DNA of 64,000 nt from the human T2T-CHM13v2.0 reference genome, Homo sapiens. Shown here one piece after another: positions 38,687 to 54,922 of this stretch. Every line of letters starts with the position of its first letter. Position 1 is the first letter of the stretch. The notes below the pieces were generated by a model, which ran no database searches, had not been told where the DNA came from, and worked only from the letters and a program-made list of their open reading frames with translations. Location of the stretch: the NCBI RefSeq assembly GCF_009914755.1, contig NC_060927.1. One strand, written 5' to 3'. The position numbers and the translations under genes were made by a program.

Positions 38687-39000
38687 ATTGGGCATGGTAA
38701 CTAACACCTGTAATCTCAACACTTTGGGAGGCTGAGGCAGGAAGATTGCTTGAGCCTAGAAGTTTGAGACCAGCTCTGGCAACATAGCAAGACCCCATCT
38801 CTACAAATAATTTTAAAAATAGCTGGGCATGATGGTGCACACCTGTAGTACCAGTTACTTGGGAGGCTGAGGTGGGAGAATCGCTTGACCCAGAGGACAA
38901 GGCTGCAGTGAGCCGTGATCGCACCACTGCACTCCATCCTGGTGACAGAGCAAGATCTTGTTTTTTAAAGAAAAGGAAGAAAGAAAGAAAGAAAAAGGAA
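38687..39000 (+). mobile_element. AluJ-like
   Basis: ttgcttgagcctagaagtttgagacc; GA-rich tail. Confidence 0.9.
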
Positions 39001-39665
39001 TGATTTTCATAACTCTTTGGTTTGGAAATTTTCTGATTCTGGATCATATGTGTTTACTTAAAGGAAACCCTTAATTTTTTTCAATAAGATTATTTTCAAC
39101 TATAATTTAGTACAAATGATAAATATCAGAATTTAGAAATAGAAATCAAATTATTGAGGTTTCACTGATATCAAATTAATCTCTTTTAAGTGGAACAACT
39201 TCGTGTGTAATAATCATTTGTGGACAGAGGAATCAATGTAAAATTAGTGGAGAACAAACTTATAGAATTTTAGTTATTGATGAGCTTTTTGGTGTTTTCC
39301 CAATTTTTTCTTTACTGAACATTTATTCCTTCTGTTACAGAATGTTTTTATATGATGTTAGAGTAAACATGGAATAAGGCGATATCATGAAGATTTCTAA
39401 TGTGAGAACTTTTATAGACTTTTTATTTGTTAAGTGGTCTAAATGAGAGCTGGAAAAATGTTGTCAATAGAATAAACTTCCAAAGCCATATAAGATATCC
39501 AGACTTTCACTGCAGACATCTTATAAACCATTAAAGTGCTATATGCTGTAATCTCCCTTCCCCTGCCTATAACATACAGTAAAAGCAAATGACTAGAGAT
39601 TCAAAATGAATTTTTAATTATTTTCTGTGTATTCCTTGCCTGAATTTACTTATTTTTTCTCTTAG

Positions 39666-39726
39666 GATCTGAGCAGCAAAGATATGAAGAGAGATTTGTA
39701 TATCGTTGCCCATGTGATCCGAATAG
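39666..39726 (+). CDS. DOCK3: DOCK3 internal coding exon (61 nt, probably exon 11)
   Basis: ttttttctcttag acceptor, gtactg donor; encodes DLSSKDMKRDLYIVAHVIRI(G); absent from the ORF track. Confidence 0.96.
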
Positions 39727-40976
39727 GTACTGTTCACCTTACCCATTCACATGACTAAGAATGGCCCAACTTGGGATAAGTATGTCTTGTGCATGAGCTT
39801 TGTTTTCTCCCTAGATCTTACCTGTAATTTCAGGTCTCAGGATTAGAGTCCAGCTTGTATTGAAGCTATACCTAAGCTCAACTGCTATGGTAGCTTGGTT
39901 TGATATAAATGGATTCGGGGGGGTGGGTTTTGTTTGTGTTTTTTAATCACTTAAAACCTTCTGCTCCCTGTTTTTAGACCCAAACTTTTTATTTAAAATG
40001 GTCTACTTCTAGACATTATTTCTAACACAGTGCCCTACCCTTTCCCTCAGAGATCTTATAGCAGGTTTCCAGAGGTGCCAACTTCACAGCAAAGGCCATT
40101 CACCACCTATTGTTTGTGTTTGAAATTATGTATCTGTGGCTCTCTCCACAAAATTAGAGTTATTGTCATCACTCCAGAAGATGGATGACATTTCACTTCT
40201 ATCCCACCCAAGATGAAAAAGTGATTTTTACTACTGTTCTGTGGTTGGTTTGCTCAGACTTATTTCAAGTTTATGATACAACTTTTGGGGCTATGGTGAA
40301 CCAAGTCCTCCTTCATAGGTTTGAGTTTTGGCCTATCATGTACATTTTTATCAAAGAATATTTTTTAATCCCTTGCCAACAAAACAGCTATTTGCTGTAC
40401 TAAATAAAGTGTTTGTTAAGGTTCCAGCATTTGCAAGTCTTCTTGCCACTGTAGGCACAGCTTTGGTAAGCAGGAAAAGTAAACACTCATCCACTTTCTA
40501 AGACTACTCTCAGTCCCACAATTGTTCAAGATGATGTTTGACAGCAGAATTTGGTTGAAAGAACACAGTATCCTCCTTGTCTGTGCATATGCAGTTTATA
40601 CCTGGCAGCTAAAATACTAAACTTTGTATCTAAAACATACCTGAGAAGTTTAAATTTATTATTAGCACACTGGTTTTTCTAAGAAATTCATAAAATCACT
40701 TTTATTCTCATGTGATTAATAAATGGAGTGTTGATATTGGTTTAGAGTTAGATAAGAATGATTGATTGAATGTAGTACAGGGAAGAGCTTTGGCCAGAGG
40801 CCTGTTTGGTGTTCTTCCACATAAATATCCTTGGATGACTCCCTTCAGCCCTGTAGTCTTCACCTTAGAGGATTTCCTAGGTGCCTGTAGCTCAGGCATC
40901 CTTGGATGACAATTAGGTGATACTGGAGAGGAGCATGCTTTTCTCAGTCTGACTGGTGTTTTCTGCTGTGCCCAAG

Positions 40977-41124
40977 GCCGGATGCTCCTGAACGACTCAA
41001 AGAAAGGTCCTCCTCACCTGCACTACAGGCGACCATATGGCTGTGCGGTCCTAAGCATCTTGGATGTCCTACAGTCACTCACAGAAGTAAAGGAAGAAAA
41101 GGATTTTGTTCTTAAGGTTTACAC
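40977..41124 (+). CDS. DOCK3: DOCK3 internal coding exon (148 nt, probably exon 12)
   Basis: cccaag acceptor, gtgagt donor; encodes (G)RMLLNDSKKGPPHLHYRRPYGCAVLSILDVLQSLTEVKEEKDFVLKVY(T); phases match the previous exon. Confidence 0.96.
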
Positions 41125-41218
41125 GTGAGTAATGGACATCAGGAATATTAATGATTTGTAGCATAAGACATCCCAGCACTGCCCTTGAGAGTAGTAGTGC
41201 TCAAACCTTGTGGACACA

Positions 41219-41948
<730 letters not shown>

Positions 41949-44762
41949 TTATTTTTAATAAGCTTCCCAGGTAATTCTGAAACAGCTTCATTTGGGACCT
42001 TCTATCCCAAAGTGAAAATCTGGTAGTACACATTTTCTTTTTTCTCCAGAATTAACCAATCTTATATATTTGCAGAAAAGCTAACAATATGCTTCTCATG
42101 TGTCTTGGCTATGAGAGTCTTGCATGTCTAATGCTTGCCCACCAGTTATTATAACTGAGCTGGCTAATGATCAAGATTGTTTAAAAGAATGATCATGAGT
42201 CGAATTTCTCTATCTTTGAAAGATAGCCCATTTTTCTGAGGAGCTAAGATATTATTCTTCACTTGTGCCACTGGAGATCGATAAGTCACATCCAACCAGG
42301 CATGGCATTATTTTTAGTGTTCTTCAACCAAAGGATATTGTCTTAGATAAGCAGTCCATCTCCTTCTAACTTGTTAAACAATAGGAAAAACACAATAATG
42401 AAAATAAATGCAGAATTCAGTCATATACTCTATCTTTGCTCATATAGTTAGACACAAATTGTAGTGCTAAAAAAATGATCAGTGGTGAGTTTAGTAAGTT
42501 TTTAAAGCAAGTATATTTAAAACTGTGAGAATTTTTAAAAACTCATCTTTCAGTTTAAAAACCCAATATTGTTTATCCAAATTAAATAAAATACTTCCAA
42601 TCACCATGTTAATGTATCTTCACCATAATATCGTATAGATATTTTTCTGTATTATCTGTTGCTCTGTCTGACTTGGGCATGAAATAAGCTTAATTCACAA
42701 TTTCTGTTAAGCCACATTTGATTAATTTCAAAATAAAAACCCAATCTCCTCATTACCTATTTTCCCTTAAGCTTTGTTCCTTTCAGAGTTGTATACTTTA
42801 TGGGATGAGGATCTTCCTTTGGAATCATAACTTACAAAGAAAATTTTGGCTGGTTTTCTCCTCCTTCCATGCATCAGTCACAGGCTTTCTCCATTTACCA
42901 AATCCCCAAATTGATGGGTGGTGGAACCTGCTTGTTTATATGCCTTCCTCCCTTTGAAAAGGACTAAAGAGAAATCCAAAATCATCATCATTATCATCTT
43001 ACTCCACTGTATTCCTTCCAAGGGCAAGGGATTTATAGATAGCACTCCAGAATTGTTATCTCTTTGCATGTATTATGCCTTCCTTGTTTTGGTGCAAATT
43101 TTCATTACAGATAGGAGCTTGCACAGCATTCCTCCTGAAATCATGCTGTCAGGCTTAATTGGCCTAATTGCTTCTAAAGCAACAGCTTTCTGCAAGAAAC
43201 AGGATTCATGTATGTATTTTTCTTAGTTCCTTCTTATGGATGGTCTGTGTCTAATAAAGTAGTTCTAAAAAGATGAAAAAAATATGTTTATAGAGAAGAT
43301 TTTTTTTCAAATTTTCTTTTGAAGGATTAATAGAGTTAAAATGTACAATAATTTTTCCACTTGAAAATGTTAACAGACTTTCAAGCAGACTATCAAATGC
43401 ATGTTTGTGAAATTGATTTTGTGTGCAATATAGAATTATTCTAGGATTAGTCATTTTAATCCACATCAGCACAGTGAATCTAGCCCTCAGGAGAAGCAAT
43501 ATTTTCCAGTAAGTTTCAGGCAACATTTTTGTTGGTTAGATTGAATTGGAAGCTTAAAGAGTTTACTAATTGCTATTGATAGTTCTTTAGCCTTTGCTAG
43601 GATGGGATTTTACAAAGATGAAAACCTCTTACACAGTTTTAATGAATGAGTTGGCAAATATCCGATTAGTTGTTCACATTCTTATCATTTCTTTCATTGT
43701 TCATAGTCAGCCTTAGCCAGAGAAGGTAGAAACTCCTGTCTGTCTCTGCCAAGGCCACTATTCTGCTGTATAATGTTTTCACTTGTGTATGGGAAGGCAC
43801 CACACATCCTTTTAAGAAAATAGCAAAAAAAAAAAAAATTGCAATAAGAAGCTGAGGCATGAAAACTAAGTCACTTCCTAATGAGTCAAAAGCCTTAAAA
43901 CTCACAAATAAATAACCATATGTACATTTCAGTCTGATATAGATACCATATTTTTCTTGACCCGAAGGACAAGGGGTCACAAGCAGGCACAGGGCATGCT
44001 GTACTTAGAACCCAAAAGGAGAGGAGTGCCAGGAGCTAAAGCCAACATTGGAGGGGGTGGGTGTCCATAAATAATGCACGTAACCAAATACAAGATGGCT
44101 TTGAATATGTGATGATCACTGTCCAGTTTTACAATGAAAAATGTCCAAATATATTTAGGCCAACCTTAATGAAACAGATAAATACATATTTTGAATATTA
44201 AATTTTTAATTTGGATTACAGTATATTTTATATTATAAAATATGTATTACAAATTATGTACTCAATCACATATTATGTAAAATTGAGATATATTGCTCAT
44301 TCTTGGCTCTCAAATTTTATGAAAAAATTTATTTAAATTATTCATATGCAGCCATGTCATCGGGTCTTTGTCTTCACTTAAGCCACTTTCTGAATTATCT
44401 GATACAGTTTTCCAAGGCACATTATTTTTACTCCCACCAGATTGGCTTTAATGCATCATTCTTTGACACTTTCATGATGCTTTCACACTGGAAATTCATC
44501 TTGAGGCACAAGATGATACCGCCACTTACTATGCTACTTTTATGGTGATTTTTACAATAGCATTTAACACGTCAATTTGGTGATCATACCCCAACCATAA
44601 TTACTAAATCTGTGTAGCTTTGCTCTTTTTTAAAAAAATGTCTTTTAACCAATTCTGCCAGATAACCTTCATAAGCATCTAAAAACTCCCATTGATTGAG
44701 GTAATTTCAGATTAACATAACTTACCCGAACAGTGCTGTGATGTTCAAAATAAAGAGATTCA

Positions 44763-45064
44763 GGCCGGGCGCGGTGGCTCACGCCTGTAATCCCAGCACT
44801 TTGGGAGGCTGAGGCAGGCGGATCATGAGGTCAGGAGATTGAGACCATCCTGGCTAACACGGTGAAACCCCGTCTCTAGTAAAAATACAAAAAAATTAGC
44901 CAGCCATGATGGTGGGCACCTGTAGTCCCAGCTACTTGGGAAGGCCGAGGCAGGAGAATGGCGTGAACCCGGGAGGCAGAACTTGTAGTGAGCTGAGATG
45001 GCGCCACTGCACTCCAGCCTAGGTGACAGAGCGAGACTCCGTCTCAAAAAAAAAAAAAAAAAAA
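44763..45064 (+). mobile_element. AluY-like
   Basis: ggccgggcgcggtggctcacgcc; gaatggcgtgaacccggg. Confidence 0.93.
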
Positions 45065-45344
45065 GGAGGAGAGTCAGAGAATGCCCCATATCATGAAAGG
45101 CTTTTTGAGGCCAGAAATATCAAGTGGCATACACCTACTATGTACCCACAAAAATTAAAAATGTAAAGAAATAAACTTCTTTTAATTAAAGCAATATTAG
45201 GTGGCAACCTCTTCTGTGAGTGATGACTGGAAGGGAACTGCTCCTCATATTTGGGATAGACACTAGGCCTATTCAGGCATTTTTTGAGAATACTGTCTTT
45301 GGGTTCTTTGCTTCATAACCATCCTATCCACGAAACTGTCTTAA

Positions 45345-45649
<305 letters not shown>

Positions 45650-46361
45650 AGGAGTCATTCTTAAATGGAAGCACATTCTGAAATGGGTGAAGGCCCATTG
45701 GGCCATCCTCTTTTTATCCCCTAGCCTTATTGAGTTATAATTGACAAATAAAAAATTGTGCACATTTAAATTGTACAACATGATGATTTGATATACATAA
45801 ACATTGTCGGATGATTACCACATTCAAGCTAAGGAACATATTCATCACTTGACATATTTACTTTTCTTGTGGTAAGAACACCTAATGTTTACCATTTTAG
45901 CAAATATACAATATAGCGTTATTAACTATAGCTACCATGCTGTACATAAATCTCCAGAAGTTATTTATCTTACAACTGAAAGTTTGTGTCCTGAGATGAA
46001 CATTTCTCCATTACCTCCTCTTTTCCACTATCCTCTAGCCCCTGGCAACCACCGTTCTACTCTCTGCTTCTATGAATGACTTTTTTAGATTCCTCATATT
46101 AGTGAGAGATTATGTAGTATTTGTCTTCCATATCTGACTTATTTTGCTTAGCACAGTGCCCCCTAGGCTTGTCCATGTTGTCACAAAAGCAGGATTCCCT
46201 TTTTTATTATGGATGAATAATCTGTTATATGTATAATTGATACATAATTTTTAATTCTATACCATTATTTATTATATTTCAAAAGATAAAATAGATGTAT
46301 TTATCTCAGTGGCCATCTCAAGTAAATATAATTACATTGGGAATTGACAGATGAATAATAA

Positions 46362-46828
<467 letters not shown>

Positions 46829-48604
46829 TAGTGTATATAATACTGCAATAAACCTGGGAGTGCAGATATCTCTTCAAGATAGTGATTTCTTTTTCTTTGG
46901 GATATACCAGAAGTGCGATTGCTGGATCAAATAGTTGTTCTATTTTTAATTTTTTGAGGAACTGCCATACCATAATGGCTGCACCAATTTACATTTCCAT
47001 CAACAGTGTTCAACAGTTCCCTTGTCTTCACACTCTTGTCATCACTTGTTATCTCTTGTTTTGTGATTACAGCCATCCTAAGAGATGTGAGGTGATATCT
47101 CATTTTCTTTTTGATTTGTATTTTCCTGATGGTTGGTGATATTGAGTACCTTTTCATATACCTGTTGGCCATTTGTGTGTCTTCTTTGGGAAAACGTCTT
47201 TCAGGCCTTTTTGCCTGTTTTGTAATTGAGTTATTTGTTTTTATGCAATTCAGTTATATGAGTTCTTTATATAGTTTTAGATATTAATCCCCTATCAGAT
47301 ATATGGTTTACAAATATTTCTTCTCATTCCATAGATTGCCTTTTTGTTTTGTTGATTGTTTCCTTTGCTGTGAAGAAGGTTTTTAGTTTGATATAGTTCC
47401 ATTTATTTATTTTGGCTTGCCTGTGTATCTGTTGTCATATCTCAAAAAATCACTGCTAAGACCCAATGTCAAGGAGCTTTTATTTCTGTTTTCTCCTAGT
47501 TTTACAGTTTTAGGTCTTATATTTAAGCATTTAATCTCTTTCGAGTTAGTTTTTGTGTTTTATGTCAGATAAGGTCCTATTTCATCCTTTTATATGTGGA
47601 TGTACAGTTTTCCCAGCATCACTTATTGAAAACTGTCCTTTCCCCATTGTGTATTCTTGGTACCCTTGTCAAAGACTAGTTCACTGAGTTTATTTCTGGG
47701 ATCTGTATTCTGTTCCATTGGTCTATGTGTCTGTTTTTATGGCATTACCATATTATTTTGATTACTGTAACTTTACAACATTATTTGAAATCAGGAAGTG
47801 TGATGCCCCTAGCTTTGTCCTTATTTCACAAGATTGCTTTGGGTATTCAGAGACTTTTGTGGTTCCATACAAATTTCAGGATTGTTCCTTTCTATTCCTG
47901 TGAAAAATGTCATTTGGAATATTGATACAGGCTGCCTTGAATCTGTAGATCACTTTTGGTATTATATGGATATTTTGAAAATATTAATTCTTCCAATTTA
48001 TGAACACTGGATTTTTTTTCATTTATTTGTGTCTTTTTCAATTTCTTTCATCAGTGTTTTATAATTTTCAGTAAATAGATCATTCACTTTCTTGGTTAAA
48101 TTATTCCTAAATATTATATATTTTTGATGCTATCATAAATGACATTGTTTTCTTAACTTTTTTGGAGAGCTTGTCATTAGTATATAGAAATATTGCTGAT
48201 TTTTTATGTTGATTTTGTCTCCTGCTACTTTACCGAATTTTATTCTAACAGTTTTTTGATTGAATCTTTAGGCTTTTTATATGTATATAAGGTCATGTCA
48301 TCTGCAAACAGAGACAGTTGAACTCCTTCACTTCCAGTCTGGATGTGTCTAATTTTTGTTTGCCTGATTGCTCTGGCTAGAACTTCTAGTACTGTGTTGA
48401 ACAAAAGTGATGAGAGTGGACATCTTTGTCATGTTTCTGATCCTAGAAAAAAGGCTTTTAGCTTTTCACTATTGAATATGATATTAGCTGTGGGCTCATG
48501 GTAAATGGCCTTTATTTCTTATATATCTAATTTATTGAGAGTTTTCATCATGAAAGGATGTTAAATTTTGTCAAACACTTTTTCTACATCTGTTGAAATG
48601 GTCA

Positions 48605-50181
48605 CTCAGTGCTATGCACTATCAAACTACTAGTGACATTCTTCACAGAACTAGAAAAAACTATTTTAAAACTCACATGGAACCAAAAAAGAGCCCGAAT
48701 GGCTAAGGCAATCCTAAGCAAAAAGAGCAAAGCTGGAGGCATCATGCTACCTGACTTCAAGCTATACTACAGGACTGCAGTAACCAAAACAGCATGGTAC
48801 TGGTACAAAAACAGACACATAGACAAATAGAACAGAATACAGAGCCCAGAAATAAGGCAGCATGCCTACAACAATCTGATCTTCAACAAAGCTGACGAAA
48901 GCAAGCAATGGGGAAAGGACTCCCTATTCAATAAATGACACTGGGATAACTTTCTAGCAATAAGTATAAGATTGAAATTGGACCCCTTCCTTACACCATA
49001 TACAAAAATCAACTCAAGATGGATTAAAGACTTAAGCATGAAACCCGAAACTATAAAAACTCTGGTAGACAACCTAGGCAATACCATTCTAGACATAGGA
49101 ATGGGCAAAGATTTCATGATGAAAATGACAAAAGCCATCGCAACAAATGCGAAAATTGACAAATGGGATCTAATTAAACTAGAGAGTCTGCATGGAAAAA
49201 GACACTATCAACAGAGTAAACAGAGAACCTATAGAAATAGGAGAAAATATTTGCAAACTATGCATCTGACAAAGGTCCAATATCTAGCATTGATAAGGAA
49301 CTTAAACAAATTTACAAGAAAAAGGAATGCCATTAAAAACTGGGCAAAGGACATGTATAGACACCTTCAAAAGAAGACATACATGTGGCCAACAAGCATA
49401 TGAAAAAAAGCTAAACATCACTGATCATTAGAGAAATGCCAACCAAAATCACAATGAGATACCATCTCACACCAGTCAGAGTGGCTATCATTAAAAAGTA
49501 AAAAAATAACAGATGCTGGTGAAGTTGCAGAGAAGAGGGAACACTTATACACTGTTGGTGTGAGTATAAATTAGTTCAACCATTGTGGAAAGCAGTATGT
49601 TGATTCCTCAAAAACCTAAAAGCAGAACTACCATTTGACCCAGCAATTCCATTACTGGATATATACCCAAAGAAATATGAATTTTTCTATCATAAAGACA
49701 CATGCACATGTATGTTCATTGTAGCACTATTCACAATAGCAAAGACATGTAATCATCCTAAATGCCCATCAATGGTAGACTGCATAAAGAAAATGTGGCA
49801 CATATACACCATGGAATACTATGCAATCATAAAAAAGAAAAAGATCCTGTCCTTTGCAGGAACGTGGGTGGAGGTGGAGGCCATCAATCTTAGCAAACTA
49901 ACTCAGAGACAGAAAACCAAATACCACATGTTCTCACTTATATGTGGGAGCTAAGTGGTGAGAACACATGGACACAAAGAGGGGAACAGCAGACACCGGG
50001 GCCCACCTGAGGATGAGGGTGGGACGAGGGAGATGAGTAGAAAAAATAACTATTGGGTACTAGGCCTAGTACCTGGGTAATGAAATAATCTGTACAGCCA
50101 ACCCTTATGATACGAGTTTACCTATATAGCAAATCTGCACATTTACCCCTGAACCTAAAATAAAAGTTAAAAAAAAAAAAA
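48605..50181 (+). mobile_element. 5'-truncated L1PA15/16-like insertion (sense to DOCK3)
   Basis: ORF2 C-terminal fragments, 3'UTR, poly(A); TSD gaaatggtca (48595-48604, 50182-50191). Confidence 0.93.
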
Positions 50182-50417
50182 GAAATGGTCATATTATTTG
50201 TATCCTTCATTTTCTTAATGTGGTACGTCACATTTATTGATTCATGTATGTTTAACCATCGTGCTATCCCAGGGATGAATCTCACTTGATTGTGGTATAT
50301 GATCCTTTCAGTGTGTTATTGGATGTGGTTTGCTAGTATTTTGTTGAGAAGTTCTGCATCTGTGTTCATCAGAAATTTTGCATCTGTGTTCATCAGACTT
50401 GTAATTTTCTTTTTTTT

Positions 50418-50639
50418 ATGGGTTTAATATCTAAAATCTGAAATGCTCCAAAATCTGAAATTTTTTAGTGCTGATATGATTCTCAAAAGAAAATGTTCAT
50501 TGGACATATTGGGTTTCAGATTTTCAGATTAGGAATGTTCAACCAGTAAGTATAATGCAAATATTCCAACATCTGAAAAAATTAAAAATCTGAAACAATT
50601 CTAGTCCCAAGCATTTTAGATAAGGGTTACTCAACCTAT
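50418..50639. mobile_element. Tigger4a/MER46A-like TcMar MITE
   Basis: aaaatctgaaatgctccaaaatctgaaa ... gataagggttactcaacct. Confidence 0.8.
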
Positions 50640-51086
50640 AGTCTTTTTATCTGACTTTACTATCAGGATAATGTTGGCATTGTAAAATGGGTTTGAAAAT
50701 GATCCCTTCACTTCATTTTTTTTTGCGGGGGAGTTTGAGAAGGATTGACATTAATTATTTTTCAAATGTTTAGTAGACTTCACCCATGAAGCCTTTTGGT
50801 CCTGGGCATTTCTTTGTTGGGAGATTTTTGATTACTGCTTCTGTATTCTTATTATTGATTTTTTTTTATTCTTTATGATTCAATCTTGGTAAGTTGTATG
50901 TTTCTAGGAATTTATCCATTTTCTTAGGTTATCTAATTTCTTAACATATAATTGTACATAGAAGTTTGTTATGATAACTTTGTGTTTCTGTAGTATCAGT
51001 TGTAATGTTTCCTCTTTCATTTATAATTTTATTTATTTGAGTCTTCTCTCTTTGTGTTCTTGGTTAATTCAACTAAAGATTTGTCA

Positions 51087-51400
<314 letters not shown>

Positions 51401-51857
51401 TTAGCTTTCCAAGAAACCAACTGTTAACGATGTTTATCTTTTCTGTTGTCTTTCTCGTCTCTATTTCATTTATTTTTGCCCTAACTTTCATTATTTTCTT
51501 CCTTTTGTTAACTTTGAGCTTAGTTTGCTATTTTTTAGTTCCTTGAGATATAACATTACATTATTTGAGATCTTTTTTCTGCAGGTAGGCATTTATTACT
51601 GTAAATGTTTCTCTGAGAACTGCTTTTTCTGCATGCCTTAAGTCTTGATAGGTTTTGTTTTCATTTTCATTTATCTCAAGGTATATTATGAATTTCCTTC
51701 TTTGACCCATTAGTTGTTCAAGAGAGTGTTGTTTAATTTCCACATATTTGTGAAATTTTCAGTTTTCCTCGTTACTGATGTCTGGTTTCATACCATTGTG
51801 GTCAGAAAAAATAGTTGAGATTTCATTCTTCTTAAATTTGTTAAGACTTGTTTTGTG

Positions 51858-52154
51858 GGCCAGGTGCGGTGGCTCACACCTGTAATCTCAGCACTTTGGG
51901 AGGCCAAGGCGGGCAGATCACGAGGTCATGAGATCACGACCATCCTGGCTAACACGGTGAAATCCCGTCTCTACTAAAAATACAGAAAAATTAGCGGAGT
52001 GTGGTGGTGGGCACCTGTAGTCCCAGCTACTCAGGGGGCTGAGGCAGGAGATGGCATGAACCCGGGAGGCAGAGCTTGCAGTGAGCCGAGATCTTGCCAC
52101 TGCACTCCAGCCTGGGCGACAGAGCGAGACTCCATCTCAAAAAAAAAAAAAAAA
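51858..52154 (+). mobile_element. AluY-like
   Basis: TSD aagacttgttttgtgg. Confidence 0.93.
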
Positions 52155-52587
52155 AGACTTGTTTTGTGGCCTAATAAATGCTGTATTGCTGTATCCCGGA
52201 AAATGTTGCATGTGTGCTTGAGAGGAATGTGTACTCTGTTGCTCTGTATATGTCTGTTAGATCCACTTGGTTTACACTGTTACTCAAGTCTGCTATTTCA
52301 TTATTGATTTTCTGTTTGGATGATCTCTTAGCTTTTCAAAGTGAAGTATTGAAGTTCCCTACTGTTATTGTATTGTACTATATCTCTTCCTGTAGAACTA
52401 TTAATATTTGCTTTATATATTTAGATGCTCTAATTTTGGGTGCAAATATATTTACAACTGTTATATACTTGGATGAATTCACTCTTTATCATTACAGAGA
52501 GTCCATATTTGTCTTGTGACAGATTTTGAATATCTATTTTGTCTAATTTAAGTATTGCCACTCCTACTCTCTTTTGGTTATATTTGA

Positions 52588-52897
<310 letters not shown>

Positions 52898-53542
52898 TGG
52901 AATATCTTTTTTCATCACTTCACTTTTGAAGCTAAGGTGAGTCTCTTATAGGCAGCATATTGATGGATCTTGCATTTTTATGCATTCAGTTACTCTGTCT
53001 TTAGAATGGAGAATTTGGTCCAATTCCACATGAAGTAATTGATAGGTAAGAAGTTACTTTTGCCATTTTGTTCACTGTTCTATGATTTTTTTGGTAGTTT
53101 TATGATTTTTTGGTAGTTTGGTAGTTTTGTCTTGTTTTTTCCTTCCTCTCTTGCTTGTCTTTCTTTGGAATTTGTTTAATTTTTATACTGGTATACTTTC
53201 ATTTTCATTTTTTGTCTTCACCTTCTGTGTAACTACTGGGGGTTTTTCTCTGTGCCTACTATGAGGTTACATAAAACATTTTATAATTTTTTGTTATGAC
53301 AATTTAAGTTGATACAATAGCAATTGTGTGTGAAAACTCTACACTTTTAGTTACCCCACCCAGTTTATATTTTTATGTCACTGTTTACATATTTACATGT
53401 TGTAACCATTAACAAATTATTGTAGCAATAACTATTCTTAATATTTTTGTCTCTTAAACTATATATTAGTGATATAAGTGATTTATATCATCACAGTATT
53501 CTGATTTTGACTGTATACTTACCTTTACCAGTGAGTTTATAC

Positions 53543-53844
53543 TTTCTTTCTTTTTTCTTTTTAGACATAGTCTTACCCTGTCACCCAGGCTGGAGCACAG
53601 TGGTACAATCGTGGCTCACTGAAGCCTTGACCTCCTGGGTTCAAGTGATCCACCCATCTCAGCCTACTGAATAACTGGGACTACAGGCACATACCACCAC
53701 ACCCAACTAATTGTTGTATTTTTTGTAGAGACTGGGTCATATACCATGTTGCCCAGACTGATCTCAAACTCCTGGGCTCAAGTGATCTGCCTGCCTCAGC
53801 CTCCCAAAGTGCTAGGATTACAGGCATAAGCCACCGTGCCCAGC
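53543..53844 (-). mobile_element. AluJ-like
   Basis: gccttgacctcctgggttcaagtgatcc. Confidence 0.9.
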
Positions 53845-54595
53845 TGAGTTACATACTCTCACATACTTTCATGTTACTAATTAGTGTTCTTGTATTTCAG
53901 CTTGAAGAACTCCCTTTAGTATTTCTGAAAAGGCAGGTCTAGTGTTGATGAGCCTCCTCAGCTTTTGTTCATCAAGATTATCTTTATATTTTCTTACTTT
54001 CTGAAGTGCAGCTTTGCTGGGAAAAGTATTCTTGGGATTTTTTTTAAGCACTGAATATATCATACCACTTTCTTGTTTGCAAGGTTTCTGCTGAGAAATC
54101 TTCTGATATTCTAATAGAGATTCCCTTGTATGGGACAAGTTGCTTATATCTTACTGCTTTCAAAATTATCTTTGTCTTTTACTCTTGACACTTTGACAAG
54201 ATCATATTCTTTGGGTTGATCTTGCTTGTGATCCTTTGAGCTTCATGAATCTGGATGTCCTTATCTCTCCTATGATTTAGAACATTTTCAGCCAATATTT
54301 CTTTAAATTTTTCCCCCTTTTCTTTCCTCCTTCTGGGACAAATATAATGCTTATATTTGTTATCTTCATAGTGCCCCGTAAGTCTCATATGCTTTATTCA
54401 CTCTTTTCTCTTTTTGTGTCTCTAACTGGCTAATTTCAAATGACCTGTCTTTGAGTTCACTAATTCTTTATTCTGCATGATTGAGTCTGCTGTCGAAGCT
54501 TTCTGTTGAATTTTTCAATTCTATCATTGTATTTGTCAGTTCCAGTATATCTTTTTAGTTCCTTTGATGGTTTCTATTTCATTGTTAAACTTCTT

Positions 54596-54922
54596 GGCTG
54601 GGCATGGTGGCTCACCCCTGTAATCCCAGCACTTTGGGAGGCTGAGGTTAGGCGGATCACATGAGGTCAGGAGTTCAAGACCATCCTGGCCAACATGGCA
54701 AAACTCTGTCTCTACTAAAAAAAAATTTAAAAAATACAAAAATTAGCCAGGTGTGGTGGTTTGTGCCTATAATCCCAGCTACTTGGCAGGCTGAGGCATG
54801 AGAATCACTTGAACGCAGGAGGCGAAGGTTGCAGTGAGCTGAGATCATGCCACTCACATCCAGCCTGGGCCACAGAGCAAGACTCTTGTCTCAAAAATAA
54901 ATAAATAAATAAATAAATAAAT
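54596..54922 (+). mobile_element. Alu (AluS) with (TAAA)n tail
   Basis: Dimer; TSD aacttct. Confidence 0.92.
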
